Below, one piece after another: positions 25,901 through 37,449 of a stretch of 64,000 bases of DNA. The notes under the pieces are model-generated. The model saw nothing but the letters and a program-made list of their open reading frames with translations. It was not told the DNA's origin and searched no databases. A program made the position numbers and the translations under genes. This DNA is from Hamiltosporidium tvaerminnensis FI-OER-3-3 (Eukaryota > Fungi > Microsporidia): NCBI GenBank assembly GCA_022605425.2, contig CM061249.1, positions 186,001 through 250,000 on the forward strand. The letters are read 5' to 3'. Every line of letters starts with the position of its first letter. The first letter of the stretch is position 1.

Positions 25901-26640
25901 AGATAAAATTTTAATTCTTAAAAACGAATTAAAAGCTGCATGGTGAGGAAATTCTTGAAACAAGCTTGCGGAGATAAGATTAGATACCCTGCAAAGACTG
26001 ATATCAAGATTCGAAATAATAGAATCGATATTATTGTTTTGTAACAAGAGAAAAAACAAGTGTACACTCAAACAAGTAGGAATTACTTCCCAAGAGACAC
26101 AGTGATTGGTATTAACCAAAAATTTAGAAATATAACTTATTAGTGAATGTGTTAATTTTCAATTTTAGGCTAGTGTTGAGATAATTTTATGTGTATGTAC
26201 CTGGGACAGTTATGTAACCAAATACCATGAGTCGTGCCTCGAAAGAGTGCAACAACTTATGAATGTAGAAACTTTTTTTCGATTCAAAGTATTCGGGAAA
26301 AACCTCGAAAAAAAATTTTTTGATCAAAGAAGAGGCCTTGATTCATAACCAAATGCCTAAGAAAGCTAGGAAATAAAGATTAGGTCTTATTACAGCGCCT
26401 AGATCCCAGAAACCTTCACTCATTTCGAAACATGCGATGCACTAGGAAGATAGTGTCAAATATTGTCACAAAAAATAGCATACCTCTTATTTCAATAACG
26501 AACAACATCAAAAGAATCGAAAATAAATATAAATGCAACCTCGCGTTTAGGAGAGAAAAGTATAGAGATTAAAAAGATAAAAGGAAATTATGAAACAAGA
26601 AATATATTTTGGCCAAAATTTCAGTAAATAAAATAAAAAC
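22923..26640 (+). mobile_element. Full-length decayed R4-like copy
   Basis: Begins ataggtagaaagaaaaa (compare ATGGGTAGAAAGAAAAA); ttattgatgatcttaagct (FIDDLKL) at ~24907; gaagctcaacttgcaaaa at ~25582; many stops and frameshifts. Confidence 0.88.
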
Positions 26641-27119
26641 ATGTATAGCCTATTATAATGTATTATTATACTACAAAGCAAACCATTTGTTAAGGAGTAA
26701 ACTCGTTTAGAAATTATCAGGTTTTTTGTATTTTTTAGCACCGTCTTACTTTTATCTTTCGTAGGCCTTATTCTAGTTTTCACGCCAGATAATTGATTCT
26801 TTAATTGTGTTTTTTCCTTTAATATTATTATTAGAATTATAAATTTTATTGAATTGAATTTAAATGCTTCTATTACTATAATTCGTTATACCGAAGATAA
26901 ATGGCTGAGGTAGCTCCGCATGATATCTTAAATATTTTATTACTTCCCATAAAATTTTATTGCAAAAGTTCTAATCTTCACGCTTTGTTTTTTTCAATAT
27001 TTAAATGTTGAAAATTTATTGAGCCACAAGATATACTTAAATACTGATTAAGAATATTTGCTATCTTAATAAACCTAGGTATTGAATATAAACCTTTTCA
27101 ATCACCAATTATAGTGCAG

Positions 27120-27185
27120 ATAAAATATTAAGGCACCGAAGTGCTTGTATAAAATATTAAGGCACCGAAGTGCTTGTATAAAATA
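27120..27185. repeat. Perfect 29-bp tandem duplication containing a small hairpin
   Basis: ataaaatattaaggcaccgaagtgcttgt x2.3. Confidence 0.9.
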
Positions 27186-27766
27186 AAATTAGAATATTTT
27201 TTCAGCAGAAATTGAATCGGCCAAGTAGCAAAAATGATAATGGTAGGAATAATTTTGTGCAAAATTTACTATAAGATGGTACTAATATCTCAAATTGAAA
27301 TAAAATACAAACTTTTAAAGTAAAAATTTCTATTATAAATGCAATATTATTTTCAAAATTTATTCTAAGAAACTATTTATAAATTTTTATTTCTAATTTG
27401 CTTATTTCAGTTTCATGGTTCATAGTAAATCAAAGCAAAGTTATAATTTCTATTCAAATTCTTTGTTTTTCGATTATGATCAATTAAAGCTATCAATTTG
27501 TTTATTATAAAAACAAGAAATTTTAATTTGTCTTTAATTTTTTTATTTTAAAGGATTTCATTAAGATTATTTATTTATTCGCTTCAAAAAACTTTTCAAT
27601 CTTTTTAATTTATCTTCGAAAATTTCTATGTAGATTATATTTAATTCAAATTTCATTATAAGATCAAATAATAAGTTAATCACAATTAAACTTAAACATT
27701 TTCAATAAATTAAATCCTATAAAATTCTTCTTTTAAAAGTATTTATACAATCATTTTTTACATTTA

Positions 27767-28054
27767 TTGGTTTTCCTTAGACACATATTCAAACATTTAT
27801 TTTACACATTGATTAAGACGACAAATAATTATATAAGCGCAACATCTTTCAATTCTGTTTTTAGCCTGATAGACTCATCATTAGGGGGAGTACACTTTAT
27901 TCCTTATTCAAATAGAGACAATTCATCTATTCCAAGTGATCCAAATAAAAACGTTTTTTCGGTTCAGAGAGCAATCCCGCGAAGAAAATATCTGTCAAAA
28001 GAAGAACAGAGAAGGATAAGAGAAATCAATGTAAGAGAAAAGACACGAATGTAA
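27767..28054 (+). pseudogene. Small-ORF family member 1 (no ATG start; probably decayed)
   Basis: FIPYSNRDNSSIPSDPNKNVF aligns with FVPYSNTNNSPFSSDSNRNFF of 40871-41146; shared upstream motif. Confidence 0.6.
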
Positions 28055-28468
28055 ACTCGGAACATGATTTATTGAAAATTAGGTCCGATCTAGATTTTTA
28101 GCGAAATTAATCCAATAAAAGAGTTATGTATTAAGTATTCTTCGTTTTCGGATTACAGAATATTCTATTGAATGAATAATTTATATTTAGTGAAGGTTTT
28201 TAAGATATATTCGTAAATTAATCGGTTTGTTTAATCCAATATATTTTAAATAAAGTCTAAACTCTAACAATGAAATGTAGTTTTTTACTTGAAGACAGAT
28301 AAAATTATATTTTTATTTTTCAGATTACTATATCAAAGAGATTAATTAATTTTCATAAAAAAAAATTAGTTTTCAAATTTTTATAAAATTTTTACTTTAA
28401 TTTCACACAAATTTGATTAAAGTTAAAAAATATACGCTAGAAATTAAAAAGTCATTTTTTGAAAAAAA

Positions 28469-29440
28469 TTAAAAATCTATTTCAATAGAACTTATACCAG
28501 AATCTCCTGCAATTAAAACTTCGTTACCGAACACAACAAAATCGTAAATAATATCGACATCTGTTTTATAAACTTTATATGATTGAATATCTGAGAGTGA
28601 AAAGACAAGAATTTCACTGTTAGTAGAAGAAGCGATCAAATAGTCTGAAATAATTGAAAGCTTATTAACACCAACATTTACAGTAAAATATGAAAATGTT
28701 GTATTATAAAAAATAAAAAAAATATTTTGATCGGTGCCAACAATCGTTAAATTATCACTTAGTGCTATACTTTCTGTACGGCCGGTATCTCTAATATTGA
28801 AAAGAGTGGTATTATCACGGAATATTTGTATTCCAGATGCATCACATAAACAGATAGATCGATTTCCTAAAACTGACATGCTATATCCTTGGTTTATCTG
28901 CTTATGCATCAGTGATTTATAAGTTGATGCATTAAATATTATGAAATATGAATCTGAAAGTGAATATAACTTATCATCATATTTCTGTATTGAAACAATT
29001 TCATCTTTATGGCCTAAATATACGTGTTCTGTTAATAAATCAATTGATAGAACGTGTATTGCTCCTGTTATTGTACCAATAAGAATTTCCGTGTCCGAAG
29101 ATGAAATTTCTATAAAAGAAATGTCATTATTTAAATTATAGAAAGACTTATCTTCGATTATATCACGATTCAAAGTATATTTGTAGATTTCACCATTTAA
29201 AATTGCAACTAAAAATGTATTTTTATCAACAAATTTACAAAAAATTACAGAATCACTATATTTTTCAAATGCGGTTATATCTTCAGTTTGACCGTGTTTT
29301 ATCCATAAAATGTTTTTTATACCGCCAAAAATCATCAATGACCTATCAATATTACAATCTATTGCATATATTTTGTTTTCATATGTTTCTTCATCTAATT
29401 TTGATAAATTATATTCTGTGTTATTTTCGTCAAATTTCAT
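28469..29440 (-). CDS. WD40 beta-propeller protein (possibly Sqt1/AAMP-like)
   Basis: DSVIFCKF, GHKDEIVSI and repeated beta-strand pattern; CCC upstream. Orthology is a guess. Confidence 0.8.
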   Translation of the reverse strand: MKFDENNTEYNLSKLDEETYENKIYAIDCNIDRSLMIFGGIKNILWIKHGQTEDITAFEKYSDSVIFCKFVDKNTFLVAILNGEIYKYTLNRDIIEDKSFYNLNNDISFIEISSSDTEILIGTITGAIHVLSIDLLTEHVYLGHKDEIVSIQKYDDKLYSLSDSYFIIFNASTYKSLMHKQINQGYSMSVLGNRSICLCDASGIQIFRDNTTLFNIRDTGRTESIALSDNLTIVGTDQNIFFIFYNTTFSYFTVNVGVNKLSIISDYLIASSTNSEILVFSLSDIQSYKVYKTDVDIIYDFVVFGNEVLIAGDSGISSIEIDF

Positions 29441-29577
29441 ATATATTTTTAGGGATACAAAACAAAATTTTAAAATAAAAATTTTATAAAAAAATTTAAA
29501 GTCGTTTTTTTCAGTAAATGATAATGTTTTGTAAAAAAATTTTATTTTAAAATTTTACATTGATTTCAAATTTAATA

Positions 29578-30254
29578 TTTTATTTAATTAAAATCTGGAC
29601 TAACAAATTTTTCTTTTTCTAAATAAATTCTTTCCATAATTTCCACACTTCTATCTCTTCCTCTTCCTCCAACTCTTCATTTGCATTAATTGTTCGTTCC
29701 TCTGTTTTGGTTTTGCGATCCAAAATAAAGTGGTAAAATATTTTTTGTATTTTCCGTTTGGACACAATCTTCCTCGTTGTCTACTTGTTTTAAAGGTGGT
29801 GTTGGTTGTTTATGCATCTCAGCTCCTAAAATAACACTTAATGATGCTCTCTCCCAGCTCTCCTCGGCATTTGGTCCAGACTCAAGTCATCTTCGTCGAT
29901 CAAAGGAAATTGTTTCGGCAGTCTTCTTAAGTACTATGGATTGCATATAAGCTTCTATATTCATGGATATTAGTAATCTTTTAAGATAAATCTTATGGTA
30001 TTTTGCCACAATACCGTCGCAAGTCACTATATAAGGAATTATCTCTTACTAAATTTATAAATACGACCCAATTCATTTGCTAATAGATCATAATTCCTAA
30101 TTTTATCGGTTTCAACAGTTTGAAGTGAATCTTGGAAAGCAATTCTATCTTCAACGAGTGTTTGCTTATTTTTTCTTTTATCTAAAATATGTATATCGGG
30201 TCTATTACACCGAATCTTATCATCAGTTTTTATCCTGGTGTCCACTCTTATCTC
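29578..30254 (-). mobile_element. 5'-truncated R4-like copy
   Basis: EIRVDTRIKTD..NRPDI; ends in ttttaattaaata; 14-bp TSD tttcaaatttaata (29564-29577) / tttcaaatataata (30255-30268). Confidence 0.9.
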
Positions 30255-30491
30255 TTTCAAATATAATAAAAATATATTTCTTATAATTACAATTCAAAAA
30301 CATAATTCGCACGATATTTTAAAAATGATGGAAATATTTCATTTGGTTTTCCAAGTGATATTTTCATTTAAACAATTTTCTACTTCTTTATAATACTCTC
30401 GATTTTTAATTATGTAAAAAAACCATTGCTATGAGTATTAAAATTAATTGCACAATAACTTTAAAAAATATATAATTTATTTTTTCAAAAT

Positions 30492-33400
30492 ATTAAAATG
30501 GGTAGAAAGAAAAATGTTAGCAGCGAAATATCGAAAAATACCAAAATAAAGGCTGCAAACGACGCTGATGAGGTGATGAAGAGTGATAGTGAGGTACAAA
30601 AATATAAGCTACACCCACCGGCGATTTCCCTACCTTCCTCCTCCTACACAACAATAACACTTCCACCACCAAGCCAAACATGCAGTAAAATGCAAAATAG
30701 TGGGCTTGACACCTTACCTTCGCCTAATACACCAGTTCCCTCTTCGGTTGAAGTCTCTGCGTGCGAGCCATCGTACGACATGACAAGCCCCTGTACTCTA
30801 GCTATTCCGGAAGGTAACAGGCTAATGGCATTGCGGACGATATTCGATTCCGTAACAGCCGACCCGAAGGAATGGCCTCGAATTGTTTTTTTTGCAGTAC
30901 AGACAAGGTTTGAAAGAATGCCAAGAAATGGCTGGACAGAGCTTCACAGGTACTATAATGAGAAATTCGGCTGCACTGAAACTCTCGAAGTGTTAAAAAA
31001 ATTGGCACAAAGTGAGATGGGAAAGGATGTAAAATCAGAAGAGAATGGAGAGCGACGTAGAATCGCCACTTGTCTCGCTGATACATGCACCTTGACCGAC
31101 ACCACAGAGTACATAAACCTGAGAGATAAATTCTTGAGTAAAATCAAAGAAATCTCGATGAATGAAATTGGAAAAGTGGTGGTCCGAACTAGAAAACATC
31201 CAAATGAGCTGGTTGATAGTAAAGTTCTGGATCTCATTAATCGAGTAGTCGGTGAATATGCCGGAGCTCATGTACCTGAGTCAATTACGGAAGCCGCGTA
31301 TATCATGCAAGCCTCGCAGGTATGCTATGATGAGGTAACACGTAAAGAGAAGCCTAGATTTGCTTGGAAGGAAAACATAGAAAGTAGAATTTCTGAGTTA
31401 GTACTTTTAAAAAATCTTCTCGAGAAGGCTCGTAAGCAGGAAAAGCTCTACACTTCGGAAGCGAAGAGCCTTAAGAAAATCATGCGAGAGTTTAATTTAA
31501 ACTTGAGCAGTGTAACTGATCTTTCTGAGGCTTTAGTTAAGAAGAATGAGTCTTTGAATGTTTACGAGAAAAAAATTACGATGCATGAAAGTAGGAAGCA
31601 ATTCCGAAAAGAGAATCGTATGTTTGAGCTTTTCCGAGGTCGATTTTATCGTGGGTTATCTGAGCGTGTAGAATCCGAGCATGTGGTTAGCCGTGATGAA
31701 ATTGTGAGTTTTTGGTCTACAATGTGGAACAAAAATGATGACACAGTCACGTACGATGATTATTTGATTCCATTTGTATCAGATAATCATCCGACCACGT
31801 TTCCTTCACTTGATGAATTTGTAAATATCATTAATTGGCTTCCCAATTGGAAAGCTGCTGGAATTGATGGTATTTACAATTTTTTCATTAAGAAACTTAC
31901 AACTCTTCACAAATATATTTATGATATTGTGAAAGTTATATGTTTAGAAGGAACAACTCAAGCTGATTGGTTTTACTGCGGGCTTACGTATTTGATACCG
32001 AAAGGAATTCCACGAAGAGGCTCTGACTACAGGCCAATCACTTGTACGTCCAACCTCTATAAGTTAACGACAAAGTGTGTGACAAAAGTCGTTCAAATTG
32101 AAGTGGAAAGGCGAGGGTTGCTTGCAGAGAACCAATTAGGGGCGGTAAGAGGTGTGCAGGGAGCGAAAGAGCAGGCTCTACTGAATATTGCCTTAAATAA
32201 AGAGTATGGAAATAATCTTAAGGCAACATGGATTGATGTTAAAAAAGCTTATGATTCAATAGATCATGCTTATTTAACTCAATGCATTGAAAACCTTAAT
32301 TTACCTGATTGGATCCTGAAATTTATTAAGGTAATTATATCAAAATGGAAAATTGATATATCAGTAGGGCCTGAAAAAATCATGAGCAAGAAGATTGATA
32401 GAGGGATCCTGCAAGGAGATAGTTTGTCACCATTGTTGTTTGTGTTGTGTATGGATCCATTAAGCCGAAAGCTTAGTTAAAAATACACAAAAGTGACAGT
32501 ACAAACAGATGCAGAATCTCATTCTACTAATCATCTCTTGTTTATTGATGATCTTAAGCTCCTTGCAAAAGACAGCTCCACATTGAGTGCTATGACAGGC
32601 AGGCAAAGGAATTTTTAGAGGTGATTGGCTTAGAGATTAACAAAGAGAAGTCAGCCACAAATGATACGTGTTGTGAAGATACTGCTACTCTTCAAGAAGG
32701 TGTTAGTGTTTACAAATATTTAGGAATAATAGAAGATAGCAGAGGAATTCCAACACGTAGCTCATTTGAAGAAGTACAAAGCAAACTTATATCAAGAGTT
32801 GAAAGACTTTGTCACACTAGATTAAATGCAAAAAATTTATTTTCCGCAATCAATCAACATGCGATATCGTTAATCAACTAACACATAGGAGTACTTCGAC
32901 TTGAACCGGCTGACTTCTCTAAGTTAGATGAGGCAGTGCGTGCGGTGTTGGTTAAAAATAAGATACATCTCCGCCCAGGATGTAAAGAGCGGTTGTATCT
33001 TCCTAGAACAGAACTTGGAAGAGGTCTACATAGTGTTGAGTTGCGAAGCGAACATATGCTTCTGCAACTCTTGGATTGTCTGGAAAAAAGTAAAGAAATA
33101 TCAACTAGACGAGCAGCAATCCTCAAGGTGGAGAATAATAATAAAACCCATCTTGCACTAATAAAAGGCTTCTTAAAAGTAAAGTACAGGTTGGTAGAAG
33201 AAGTCACTAAGAAAAGTTTAGAATAAGCTCAACTTGCAAAACTATATAACGAAATAGAAAAACGAAAACTCCATTCAAAGTTATATAATGCAAGAAAAAA
33301 TGAGCTTGTGAGTGTTAGTGACTCTTCAAGATGGCTAAAGAGAGGAAATATTAGGCCACGAAATGAAGCTGTGTTCTGCTATATCCAGGATAGAAATGTA

Positions 33401-34298
33401 TTCTGGGGAGCAGATGGTGTGTGTCAACATTGTGGGAAGTCTGGTAAGACTGTAGATCATCTAGCAACTAGATGTGAAAAAATGCTAGGCCATGATTACA
33501 CTAGACAGCATAATGAAGTGGTTAGATGCCTACACCTACTTCTTCTAAATAGATATAAGTTTAAGTCTTCCAAACGAATAAGGAGTCACTCAGTTCAAGA
33601 AATTCTTGATAATGAGTATGCAGAGATAAGAGTGGACACCAGAATAAAAACTGATGTTAAAATTCGGAATAACAGACCGGACATATTTATTTTAGATAAG
33701 AAGAAGAATAAGATAACACTCATTGAAGTAGGAATCACTTCCCAAGATTCACTTCAAATAGTTGAAACTGAAAAACTTAGGAAGTATGACCTGCTAGCCA
33801 ATGAGTTGGGTCTTATTTATAAGTGTAGTGTTGAGATAATCCCCTATGTGATGACCTGGGACGGTATTGTGACAAAATACCATAAATCCTATCTTAAAAG
33901 ACTAGAAATACCCACGAATGTAGAGGCATACATTCAGTCCTTAGTACTTAAGAAAACAGTCGAAACAATTTCCTTTGATCGACGAAGAGGATTCGAGTCA
34001 GGACTAAATGCCGAAGAGAGCTGGGAGAGAGCGTCAATGAGTGTTATTATGAGATCAGAGATGCATGAGGAACCAATACCCCCTTTAAAAGAAGCGAAAA
34101 GAGAGGAAGATGGTGTTAAAACTTTAAAACCAAAAAATAATACACCCCTTATTTCACAAGGAGGAACCACTTTGGAGGAACCGACCAATAACATAAATGA
34201 AGAGTCGGATTTGGAAGAAGAGACACTAGTGGTCAAAGAGGTAGAAGAAAACATATAAAAAGGTGCAAAATATTTTAACCCAGAATTTTATTAAATAA
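30492..34298 (+). mobile_element. Full-length R4/Dong-like retrotransposon, young copy B
   Basis: Nearly identical to copy A; 13-bp TSD attttttcaaaat (30479-30491 and 34299-34311). Confidence 0.95.
30498..34258 (+). pseudogene. R4-like ORF with stops at 32478, 32879 and 33224 and a frameshift near 32600
   Basis: The fragments in the ORF track join into the same RT-CCHC-RLE protein as copy A. Confidence 0.9.
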
Positions 34299-35049
34299 AT
34301 TTTTTCAAAATCTAGATTAGATTTTTGTTTACTATTTAATCAGAGCAAATCACTTATTATTCTATAATAAAATTAAATATTCTAAATTAAATTAAATTTT
34401 TTCTTAAAAACAAATCTTTTGAATAATTTGCAATGTAAATGACACTATTTAGGAAATATTTATTTGAAATAGAATAAAGATATAACATTTTACCTATAGT
34501 AGTATTGACTGTTTTATATTTACCGGGGTTTAGAATACCCAATTTATTTATAAAGGTTTGTATTTGCAACATATGTACACAAGCGAAACGAATAACCTTT
34601 TATATGTAAGTTTAAACCGAAAGATGTGTATGCGCATTTTTTGTTGACAATGACTCTGTTTTGACCGCAAAAATATAAAAAGAAAAAAAGACCACTTTAA
34701 TCAGCCGTCTTGTCACTTGTATTCTATTTATATACTGTTTTGGGTATAAAGAAAAAATACAAAAAACTTAGAAAAAATAAATCAACAAAGTATAGTAGGA
34801 ACTATTTTTTGAAATAAGCAATATTTAGAATGGGAATCATTTTTGTCGTTGCAGCTTAAAATTCAGATGGTATCAAAAATATAAAAAATGAAGTTATGAG
34901 CACCAGAAAACCTTCAATATTGTAATAAATAAAATTTTATAACGAATATACCCTTACCAAGTAGACAAGGCTAAGAAAATTATCCCCGTGTGTTAAATTG
35001 GCCCCAAATATGCTAAAAAAATAAATATCTTATAAAATTTTCTAAGCAC

Positions 35050-35290
35050 TCATTCATTCATCCTCGGCACTACAACCCTGTGCCCGAGCCTCGTCTTCGC
35101 TCAGTAATACCGCTCAACAGTCTTTTTCCAGTGGGTTAGTTTACTTTTTCGGGTTTCGTAATAAAATGTTTTTAAAGGGTGGGTTGTTAGCCCTACGCCC
35201 AACCCCAACTTGGAGGATTAGTCACTTTTAGTCGCTTCTTACACCAAGCAGAGAATGCTGCAAGCCAATTCTATCCCTGGCATAATGGGT
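35050..35290 (-). mobile_element. Bipartite RTE-like short element, copy 2
   Basis: cattcattcatcctcggcacta...ttgttagccctacgcccaaccc...ttttagtcgcttcttac is the reverse complement of 3440-3668. Confidence 0.85.
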
Positions 35291-35699
35291 AAAGAAAAAA
35301 TTTGGTTACATTTACTATTTGCTGTGAAAAAAAAGAAAATGGATTATTAGGTGTAATGTCAAATTGTTTACCTCTTAATAAAGCCGTCTAGATATTCATT
35401 GCTTAAATTTATCATTTTAAACCAATTTATTGGTTAGTGTTACAAAATGTTATTAAGTTAGGATTGTAAAGTTCTAAATATAAATTTAAGTATAATTTTT
35501 CCGAAGTTTTGCTTTTTAGGAAATTTAGTACCAAAAGATGCCTCTGCTTCTATTCTGACCTTTAAAAAAATATAAAAAGCTCTAAAAAATGCCATTGTCT
35601 GGACTTACACCAATGTTATCGTTTTTGAAATAAAAATTTCCAACGCAGCAATTAGATTATCATATTGTATATGTTAGGTTTTGTAAAAATTTCTTACTA

Positions 35700-36330
35700 A
35701 AGATGTACATAACTTTTGTTGTTATTTTATTCTACTTCCTTCTTGTCTTTATTGTATTTTCCTTTAAATCCCATAAAGAAGTATAAAATTTTTTTAATAA
35801 AAACCATAAAAAAAATATTTTTGAAACCCTTTAATTGAAGTGTATTTATCAACATGGGTCTTATATTCTTAATTTTTTGAAATTTTCATATTTTTGGAAT
35901 TTAGATTAAAATACAAAACTGTCTTAAAGATAAAGGAAAACAAAGAAAAACAAGTGAAAAGACAAATGCATAAAAATTGAATGAAAGAAGAATACATTAA
36001 AATTCTATTTTTTTTATTTGTTGGTAATTTTTCTTTATTGCACTTTTCTGATTTTTTTTGCTTTACTTTCTTATTTTTTAATTTTGAATTGGTTTTAGTA
36101 TTTTTTTAAATTTATTTTTTTTTTCGGTTTAAAAAGATCTTATTTTATTTAAATTCTTTAATTTATCCCAAAATAATTATTTTCACACCAAAACTGTCGT
36201 TTCTCGCCAAAAAAGCTATAAATGAATATTTTTTTCCGAACCCATTAGTTTAGCAATGTATAATCTTCTGAATTTTACTTTTGCCCAGGGTAAAATTCAG
36301 CAGATGGGGTTCGGAATGGGGGAGAGGAGT
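35700..36330. repeat. Dispersed AT-rich repeat, copy 2, ending in a long hairpin
   Basis: Similar to 21135-21920; inverted repeats 36234-36243/36307-36316 and 36268-36278/36290-36300. Confidence 0.7.
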
Positions 36331-36364
36331 AAATATAAACTACGACAATAAATAATCTTAATAT

Positions 36365-36586
36365 TTATTTAATACCTCGCTCCTACCCTACGGATGGAAA
36401 CACAATTCAACAATGAATCATAGCTTCGCCAGGTTCTAGGCGTTCCAAAAACAATTTTTTTTTGATCGGTTAGGTTCTGCGCCTACCCAAAGCTGTTGAA
36501 CGAAAATTAAATTGTGCACCACCAACCGGGGATCGAACCTGGGCTTCAAAAATATATTTCGAATCCTCACCACTAGACCATTGACG
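36365..36586 (-). mobile_element. tRNA-derived SINE, copy 1
   Basis: A box TGGTCTAGTGG, B box GGTTCGATCCC, ~150-nt body, tail TATTAAATAAA; perfect 13-bp TSD ataatcttaatat (36352-36364 and 36587-36599). Confidence 0.88.
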
Positions 36587-37449
36587 ATAATCTTAATATG
36601 ATAATTTAAAAAAAAAAAACAATGCATATCAATATGATGGCAATGTCGTTTATATTTAGACAGAATTTACCCAGCATATATTTTGTTTAGATGGTTTAGA
36701 TTAATAAATTTGTAAATTCTATCCTGATAGTCATATTTTATGTGTAAGAATACTGCCATTCTGTATCAGTATTCTTTATAAATTAAAATTTTTAGCGAAA
36801 TCTCGAATTTTTTTAAATAAGTATTAATATCGACAGCACGGCTTTATCTTCACACATGGGTATCGCATTATGAACATTATACTGAGCTCTTCATTTACAA
36901 GTTAATACAATGCTTAATTCTCTCTCTTATATTTAATTATAAAAACCTAATTATAAAAAATCGAAAAGGTGGCCGCTACTAACAACAGTATTATAATAGT
37001 TTATATCTTACTGCAAAATTAATTTCTACCAATATTTTTGATTTTATTTTCTGAAAAATATTAAATTTAAAAAAATACTCATGAATTAATCAGAGAAAAT
37101 CAAATGCGAATTTATTGTTCAGGTATTCACTTCAAAAAATATTTTAAATAATAAAAATTTTGTGATGAGATTTTATAACAGTTATAAGGTTGTTTTTAAA
37201 ACTTATTTACTCATAAATTATAAATATATATTAAAAACATTTTAATATTCGTTATAAATGTGATTATATACCTTTGTAACTTTTTATGAATCTATTTATT
37301 TTAAATTAGGTTTATCAATTTAACATTCCGAATACAGAATTTTTTAAACCCCGCAGGAATTATACACTAGTTGATTTACAAGGTTTTATTTTCATAAGGT
37401 AGTTTTGAGCATAAAAATATTTGTTTTTCAATTGGCAAAAAAAAATTCA

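Noticed and set aside
36510-36586. Functional tRNA gene (also 40221-40295)
   Set aside because: Acceptor and anticodon arms do not pair, and a shared downstream body and TSDs indicate a SINE head.
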